Shown here piece after piece: positions 58,185 to 64,000 of a DNA stretch of 64,000 bases. The stretch lies in IMG/VR virus record IMGVR_UViG_3300027728_000006, positions 1-64,000 of that record, one strand, 5' to 3'. The notes below the pieces were generated by a model. The model did no database searches and had not been told where the DNA came from. It was given only the letters and a program-made list of their open reading frames with translations. Within the stretch, counting starts at the first letter, position 1. Each line of letters opens with the position of its first letter. This DNA is from a virus. The translations under genes were made by a program, and so were the position numbers.

Positions 58185-58784
58185 TTATTTCAAGTCAATG
58201 TATTTTATATTATTTTTTGCAAATTTTATAAATTTATTATGCCAGTTTATCACAGTTTGTATAGTTACCCCCATATCTTTTGCAATGTCCGTATACGTTG
58301 TATTTTTATTTGATAGATATTTTTTTTCAATTACTTTTTTTATTTTTTCGTTCCCAAATGATTTTATCAGGGTTTTGATTTTATCAATGTTTTCAGCATT
58401 TAACTCTTCGGTTTGTTTATTTTCACCAGTTCCAAAAATTTCATTCTCTTCCCCAGATTTATTTTCTATGAAGAAGTCAGCTTGAGATGGTATATTTTTT
58501 TTATTTTTATTTATACAATTCAAACAATAATATCTAGCTTGATTAGCCAACCAGGTTGAAAACTTGCTTCCGTAAGATGGATCGTATGATCTAATCGAGT
58601 TGAAGATCACAAAGTTTTTACTCGATAAAATATCGTCTTTTACAAAAGAGGGGCACGCTAAGCTGTACGTATATTTTTTAAATACATCTATGCATATGCC
58701 GCTATGCATTTCTATTAGTTTTTCTGCAGAAAAACTATCTCCGTTTTTTGCCGCCTCTATTAAATTTTGCTCTAAGGTTTTCAT
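58185..58784 (-). CDS. Phage sigma70-family RNA polymerase sigma factor
   Basis: LIEAAKNGD, YDPSYGSKFSTW (region 2), TYTDIAKDMGVT helix-turn-helix (region 4). Confidence 0.85.
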   Translation of the reverse strand: MKTLEQNLIEAAKNGDSFSAEKLIEMHSGICIDVFKKYTYSLACPSFVKDDILSSKNFVIFNSIRSYDPSYGSKFSTWLANQARYYCLNCINKNKKNIPSQADFFIENKSGEENEIFGTGENKQTEELNAENIDKIKTLIKSFGNEKIKKVIEKKYLSNKNTTYTDIAKDMGVTIQTVINWHNKFIKFAKNNIKYIDLK

Positions 58785-59453
58785 TTAAAAAATATTTTTA
58801 ATTTTACTGTTTATCAGGTTTATTGCTGGAATAGACTCAAAAATTATTGAGTTCTGCTCTTTCGAGCAAGTTTTCCACGTTAGGTTTAAATCTGCAATTG
58901 AAGCAATTTGAGGGAGATTTTTACTTTCTGATTCGTGGGCTGGCGGGATGCTGCTGCCATCATCGATGGTTCTATTTAATGTTATTATAATAGAATTCAT
59001 ATAAGATCTGATAAAGTCAGTTTCGTCCAATTCGAATTCTTTAAATCTAAGATCCGAAACTATTGCAATATTACCGCCAGACGTAAAAAATGAATTTATC
59101 TCTGGCATCAGTTTTTTCCACCAATATGTCCCGTCGCTTAGCGATCTTTGAGACTGACCATAAGCAATCAAAATACTTCTTATCTTATTTTTGTCTTCGG
59201 TATCCTCTGTGAAAGCTGAGATACCAAATTTTTCTTTACAAAATGAATTGAGATCTTGCCTGAGAGCATAGGCAAAAGAAAATATCTTTGAGTTTAAACC
59301 CAGATGATTGGAGTACTCTGATAATACTTCGGACAAGGTATTCTTACCGCATCTAGCAAATCCAGAAACCCCAATTATCAGTCCTGAGTCAAAATTTCTA
59401 TTTTGAATCAGAAGCTCCGATAGGAGCTTTTTTTTGCTTTCTTTATCTGGCAT
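58785..59453 (-). CDS. dNMP kinase-like P-loop protein
   Basis: IIGVSGFARCGKNT, SFAYALR, VSDLRF..E, HESE. Confidence 0.8.
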   Translation of the reverse strand: MPDKESKKKLLSELLIQNRNFDSGLIIGVSGFARCGKNTLSEVLSEYSNHLGLNSKIFSFAYALRQDLNSFCKEKFGISAFTEDTEDKNKIRSILIAYGQSQRSLSDGTYWWKKLMPEINSFFTSGGNIAIVSDLRFKEFELDETDFIRSYMNSIIITLNRTIDDGSSIPPAHESESKNLPQIASIADLNLTWKTCSKEQNSIIFESIPAINLINSKIKNIF

Positions 59454-59459
59454 GGTGAT

Positions 59460-59488
59460 ACCATAGTATTAATTTTAATAATAGTCAA
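59460..59488 (-). promoter_or_regulatory. Sigma70-like promoter, leaderless geometry
   Basis: TTGACT-N17-TATGGT-N6-ATG. Confidence 0.65.
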
Positions 59489-59752
59489 GATTTATTCTCG
59501 GCCATACTAGCGCAGGTAATCATTTTTCGTAGTTCGTATTTTGAAGGGAGCGAAACGCCAGAAACAGGCAGAACGCAAAATCCGAGACTCGCAAGCTCTT
59601 CTGTTTATTTTTTGCATTTAATATAAAACGTAACCTGTCGGAGATATTCGACGCAATAGAATTTATTCTATCATATTTTTATCTGTAATACAAGCTTTTT
59701 TTTTACAAAAAAACAAAATTTGAAAATTATAGCGGAGTCGCCATGATAAATA

Positions 59753-60139
59753 ATGCCGGACTTTATACATTTAGGAATATCAATAGGAAGTATTGTTTTT
59801 CTCATACAGCAAACTGACTTTGTGTACGAGTATTTTAGCCTTTTCACGCGAATCACTAAAAATAAAAAGCTTGAAGAATTTTTAAAATTCGACTATTACC
59901 AGAATTCAAATGGATATTCCAGCTATGTAGAATTTATCTGCTCAAGAGATTGGTCTGAAAACTTTATCATGTCATTTTTATCAAAATTGATATCTTGTTT
60001 TTTTTGCTTAAGTTGCTTTTTGAGTACAGCTTGCGCAATCGTGTTATGTTCAAAATTCTTATTTGGATATTTCTTGATATCCGTATTGACGTTCTATATA
60101 CTTTTTAAAATAAAAAACGCCATTTTTAATAAAAAATAA
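59753..60139 (+). CDS. DUF1360-like membrane protein
   Basis: Hydrophobic; KLISCFFCLS. Confidence 0.55.
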   Translation: MPDFIHLGISIGSIVFLIQQTDFVYEYFSLFTRITKNKKLEEFLKFDYYQNSNGYSSYVEFICSRDWSENFIMSFLSKLISCFFCLSCFLSTACAIVLCSKFLFGYFLISVLTFYILFKIKNAIFNKK

Positions 60140-60156
60140 GTGTATAATAAAATATT

Positions 60157-60774
60157 ATGCCCCTTCCGAAGCCAAAAAATAAAGAAAAGAAAACAGAGTT
60201 TGTATCTCGTTGCGTTGGCGACGATCAAGCTGGAAAAGATTTTCCCGATCAAAAACAAAGAATTGCAGTTTGTTATTCGCAGTGGGATAAGGCAAAAAAA
60301 GAGGCTTCAGCATCTGTTGAGCTAAACGACGATGAGTTTTTGTTTTTTGTTGAATCAGATTGTTTGGAGTGCGACGGCGCAATTTCCGCATCTGAGGAAG
60401 AACTTACGCTAGAAAATTTATATATTCCAACCGAAAAAGAATATCTTAGCTCTGAAGAAATTGATCTTGATGAAGCAGAATTTGTCGAACTCAATATGGA
60501 TGAATTTTTAAAAACTAAATCTGTAAATGCTTCAGAATATCAAGGTAGAAAAGTCACACTAAATAAACCATTTAGAACTCCAGGCGGTCCTAAAAAATCT
60601 GCTGTGTATGTAAAAAATCAAAGCGGAAAAGTAGTTATCGTAAGATTTGGCGACCCGAACATGTCTATCAAGAAAAACATCCCAGCAAGAAGAAAAAGTT
60701 TTCGCGCCAGACATAAGTGCGATCAAGCAAAAGACAAAACTACACCAAGATACTGGGCTTGTAAAAGCTGGTAA
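60157..60774 (+). CDS. Conserved phage protein (N-terminal MPLPKP domain, acidic linker, basic C-terminal domain)
   Basis: FVSRC...QRIAVCYSQW; YQGRKVTLNKPFR...VRFGDP...SFRARHKC...YWACKSW. Confidence 0.75.
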   Translation: MPLPKPKNKEKKTEFVSRCVGDDQAGKDFPDQKQRIAVCYSQWDKAKKEASASVELNDDEFLFFVESDCLECDGAISASEEELTLENLYIPTEKEYLSSEEIDLDEAEFVELNMDEFLKTKSVNASEYQGRKVTLNKPFRTPGGPKKSAVYVKNQSGKVVIVRFGDPNMSIKKNIPARRKSFRARHKCDQAKDKTTPRYWACKSW

Positions 60775-60794
60775 AACTAAAAGATAATAAAATT

Positions 60795-61268
60795 ATGAGC
60801 AATAACTTCTCGAAAACTAAAGAAAACGGAATTGACACATTTATAGTATCTTTTAATAAAAAAGAAAATTTTGTCAAATCATCAGAATATGAATCTCCAG
60901 AACAAGAATTAATGGATCTTAAAGAAGATTTATCTGAAATGGTGATTGGATCATTAGGAGCAGTCAAGTCACTTTCTGAAAATATATTGAACAATCTTTC
61001 AAATGAGCCTGTGATGGAAAACTTGTCAGAACCATTCCTGCAGCAAATGGCATCTTTAGCGGAAGATTATATTACAACTATTCATAATTATTGCATGTTC
61101 AGTCAAGATCCTTCGGAGGAAATGGAAGAAGCTGAAGCGGCAAAAAGAAGAGGATTGTGGGACAATATAAGGGACAAAAAGAAAAGAATGGGTAAAAATT
61201 ATAAACCCGCCAAGCCAGGTTCGCCAGACAGACCTTCTCAAAACTCTTGGAAAAAAGCTCAAAAATAA
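60795..61268 (+). CDS. Hypothetical phage protein
   Basis: C-terminal GLWDNIRDKKKR...PGS.DRPS...WKKAQ. Confidence 0.65.
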   Translation: MSNNFSKTKENGIDTFIVSFNKKENFVKSSEYESPEQELMDLKEDLSEMVIGSLGAVKSLSENILNNLSNEPVMENLSEPFLQQMASLAEDYITTIHNYCMFSQDPSEEMEEAEAAKRRGLWDNIRDKKKRMGKNYKPAKPGSPDRPSQNSWKKAQK

Positions 61269-61271
61269 ATC

Positions 61272-64000
61272 ATGAATATCTTTAATGTTAATAATATCAA
61301 ATCAATTTTACCATTTTTCTTACCTAGCTCTGGCGGAATTCTAAAAGCCAATGTGAGTGAAGCTGATCAAATTTCTGAAATTACAATAGATGGCGAATTA
61401 ATTGAATTCGAATCAACGTCCTCCTCTGAAATTTCTTTAAAAATTCCAAGTTTAACAAGCGGAATTAAAAGCATTAAATTTAAAACTCAAGGCTATACAA
61501 CTGAAAAACCTAATGCTTTTACAATTATTCCTCCTGCGACAATCAATCAAGTAAAAAATAACGACTCCATAACGGAAAAAACAATCTTAAAAAGGAATGA
61601 AAAATTAAAAATTCCCAAAAGCGGAGGATCCTTTAAGATAGTAGGTTCCGGCTTTGAGTTTGTAAATTTTATAAAAATTGATAAAATAAATATAATTGAT
61701 TTTAAGATATTATCTAGTTCTGAAATCGCAGTAACCATACCCCTTACACTCTCCGGCAGAAAAGAAAAAATTTATATAAAAAACCTTGCTGGAGAAGAGA
61801 GCGCATTTGTTTTAAATTTAAATATAGATAACGAATTACCAACCATCACTTCTATTTCTCCAGATTATAAAAAAATAAGTGAATTGCCTCTAGAGATAAC
61901 AATCATTGGATCCAACTTTGATTCTGACTTTTTAGAGGTAAAAGTCGATGAAGAAATTCAAAATATAAAATTTTCAGATTCCTCTATTGTTAAATTTGAT
62001 TATTTAAATAATTCACCTGGACTTAAAAATATTTCGATCGAAACAAGTTCTGGAAAAACAATTCGCAAAAATTCATTTTTTAACTTTGCCTCCCCAAATA
62101 TCAGTAATATCTCTCCACACAGTATTTCTCAATTTGGCGGAACTTCCATAACAATAACTGGATCGGATCTTGATATTTTTGAAAATGTTCAACTTGGTGA
62201 AACAAATTGCGCCATTCTAGAAAAAACGTACAATTCTTTAATTTTTACTTCTCCTGCTTTTGAAGATGATGGGCACAAAAATTTAACATTAAGTGGACCA
62301 TTTCAAACAATAGTAGAAACAAATATTATCGAAGTAATTTCTGAACCAGAAATCTCTTCGTTTTTCCCCAATATTTTAAATCCGACAAAAGTAGAAAGCG
62401 TAAAGGTTTTTGGAAAAAATCTTTTAAATTTAAAAAACCTGCTAAATTCTTCAGATGAATCAAACATAGAGTTCTTAGCATATAATAATTTTTCAGGAGA
62501 AGCTAATATATATCCAAATTTGTCAGGGCAAGGCAATCAGACGATCCAATCGGAATCATCAATTGGAACAGTATTAGATACTCAAAACATTTATTCATAC
62601 AATACGCCAAACCCAGTAATTTTAAAAATTGAGCCCTCTGTCTTACCAAGTTACAGTTTATCTATAAATGAATCTGGACAAATTTACAAATCTGATTCTT
62701 CTGGAATAATTTATGGAAATTATTTTTTGCCACCCCTTTCCGTAAAGATAGGAGGACAAAATGTAAAAATTATCACAGGGTCAAGCTTAAATACAAATAG
62801 TTCAATACCAGTAATACTCCCCACTGGGCTAATTGGATATTCCGATATTGAAATTACAAGCAATGGAAGAACGTCTACTTTAAACAGCGGTACCAATTTT
62901 TCTAATCTTCCAATTTTTGAAAAAGTATATCCTGACTATTCGTGGTCCGGAGGCGGACAAATGATAACCATAGAGGGTCAAAACTTACTCGGAAGTGAAA
63001 TCTTTATAGAACAAGGAACTAATTTAAACCCAACATTTGCTAAAATAGAAAATACAAAAATTAATTCAGATCAAAAGCTATCATTTTTTACAATTCCTGG
63101 ATCCGGAGGTTGTCGAGGTCAATATATGGGAACCTGCTTGGATCCAAAAGGACAAGACGGACCTAGAATTATAAAAATATCAGGACGCGGCGGAGATTTT
63201 CTTTATTCTGGTTTAAATTATGTAAACGAACCAAAAATAATAAGCGCCTATCAAACAGGATTCGACACTATCTGGGGCGCACTCCCATCTAATACAATAT
63301 TTTTAAACGGAAAAATAAATGTAAATTACGACCCAAGCACATGGAATAGCTTTAACGGAAAGAGTGTTAAATTTTATCCAGGCAATTCAGGAGCTTTTTC
63401 ACAATCAGTAAGCCCAAAAATAAACGGAGTAAAGTTACAAATTTTAACAGATCAAAGCTCCGCCACTGGACTAGCTTGTAAGATTCCTTATTTAAAATAT
63501 TCGCTTTCGGGCAGTAATAAGACAGTATTAGGCTTTTCTGGGAACACCCAAATAACAGTTTCTTCCGGATTGTCTGCAGAATTACTAAATAAATCTTCTT
63601 TTATAGATTCCTTGGAAGATTTTAATTCAAGCCAAGTGTTTGTGGACAAATATCTTGCCTATAAAATATGGTACCATAATGGAGTTTCTGAAAAAGACCA
63701 CTCGATTGACGACTGGTACGATACAAGCTACAGTTTTGACGGCTGGAATAAATACGGACAAGGAAATCCAACACCGCAACCCGCTCAATTAAAAAAAATT
63801 AAACCATTAGAATATGTAAAAAAAGCAAAAGTTAGACTTGACAATGGAACCAATTATCAAGTAGGGCCAGGCTATTTGGCTGGAATATCAACGCCCAACG
63901 TATTATCATTCAGCTTGCCGTCAAATGCAAAAATTGGAACTCTCATACGAGTAGAAATAGGGCAGCTTGGATACAATTGCACAACTACAATTCCAGGATT
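61272..64000 (+). CDS. IPT/TIG-repeat protein, 3' end outside the window
   Basis: Hand translation MNIFNVNN...; repeats such as PTITSISP...ITIIGSNF, PNISNISPHSISQFGGTSITITGSDL and GGQMITIEGQN; absent from the ORF track, consistent with no stop before the edge. Confidence 0.75.
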   Translation, partial: MNIFNVNNIKSILPFFLPSSGGILKANVSEADQISEITIDGELIEFESTSSSEISLKIPSLTSGIKSIKFKTQGYTTEKPNAFTIIPPATINQVKNNDSITEKTILKRNEKLKIPKSGGSFKIVGSGFEFVNFIKIDKINIIDFKILSSSEIAVTIPLTLSGRKEKIYIKNLAGEESAFVLNLNIDNELPTITSISPDYKKISELPLEITIIGSNFDSDFLEVKVDEEIQNIKFSDSSIVKFDYLNNSPGLKNISIETSSGKTIRKNSFFNFASPNISNISPHSISQFGGTSITITGSDLDIFENVQLGETNCAILEKTYNSLIFTSPAFEDDGHKNLTLSGPFQTIVETNIIEVISEPEISSFFPNILNPTKVESVKVFGKNLLNLKNLLNSSDESNIEFLAYNNFSGEANIYPNLSGQGNQTIQSESSIGTVLDTQNIYSYNTPNPVILKIEPSVLPSYSLSINESGQIYKSDSSGIIYGNYFLPPLSVKIGGQNVKIITGSSLNTNSSIPVILPTGLIGYSDIEITSNGRTSTLNSGTNFSNLPIFEKVYPDYSWSGGGQMITIEGQNLLGSEIFIEQGTNLNPTFAKIENTKINSDQKLSFFTIPGSGGCRGQYMGTCLDPKGQDGPRIIKISGRGGDFLYSGLNYVNEPKIISAYQTGFDTIWGALPSNTIFLNGKINVNYDPSTWNSFNGKSVKFYPGNSGAFSQSVSPKINGVKLQILTDQSSATGLACKIPYLKYSLSGSNKTVLGFSGNTQITVSSGLSAELLNKSSFIDSLEDFNSSQVFVDKYLAYKIWYHNGVSEKDHSIDDWYDTSYSFDGWNKYGQGNPTPQPAQLKKIKPLEYVKKAKVRLDNGTNYQVGPGYLAGISTPNVLSFSLPSNAKIGTLIRVEIGQLGYNCTTTIPG

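Noticed and set aside
153-62536. Many short opposite-strand or nested ORFs in the track (e.g. 153..368, 33773..34096, 47134..47559, 60155..60391, 62303..62536)
   Set aside because: They shadow well-supported genes, show antisense-type composition and carry no motifs.
1-64000. Stop-codon reassignment
   Set aside because: Conserved enzymes (DnaE core, DnaB, NrdA/B, Gmd) are intact under the standard code, and TAA, TAG and TGA all end genes.
1-64000. Eukaryotic giant virus or cellular chromosome origin
   Set aside because: DnaE, DnaB, a sigma factor, tmRNA and TTGACA promoters indicate a bacterial host; dense small unknown ORFs and lack of housekeeping operons indicate a phage.

Overview
AT-rich, gene-dense 64-kb segment of a large dsDNA bacteriophage read in the standard genetic code, with no rRNA, integrase or CRISPR array. 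Most genes lie on the minus strand. Left to right: (1) small hypothetical genes including three YopX paralogs, interleaved with a sulfotransferase/glycosyltransferase cluster (3.2-11 kb) and a minimal nucleotidyltransferase; (2) an RNA repair/translation rescue neighbourhood (18.7-23.6 kb) with an Rnl1-type ligase, a metallophosphoesterase, a complete tmRNA carrying an unusually long 35-aa tag, an adjacent 82-nt structured element and a DRB0094-type ligase; (3) SET-domain and macro-like genes, then a plus-strand island led by an RCC1-repeat protein; (4) a replication block with a probable ssDNA-annealing protein and SSB, DnaE split into PHP / exonuclease / polymerase genes, a PD-(D/E)XK nuclease, primase, DnaB and RecA, next to a GT4 fused to half of a split GT9; (5) an NDP-deoxy/methyl-sugar pathway (Gmd, two methyltransferases, epimerase/reductase), ribonucleotide reductase, a sigma factor and a dNMP kinase; (6) a divergent intergenic switch at about 59.5 kb followed by plus-strand genes including an IPT/TIG-repeat protein. 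The strongest novelty candidates are the long-tag tmRNA module, the split GT9/GT4 fusion and the large phage-encoded glycan system. All protein assignments come from motif recognition by eye, not from database searches.
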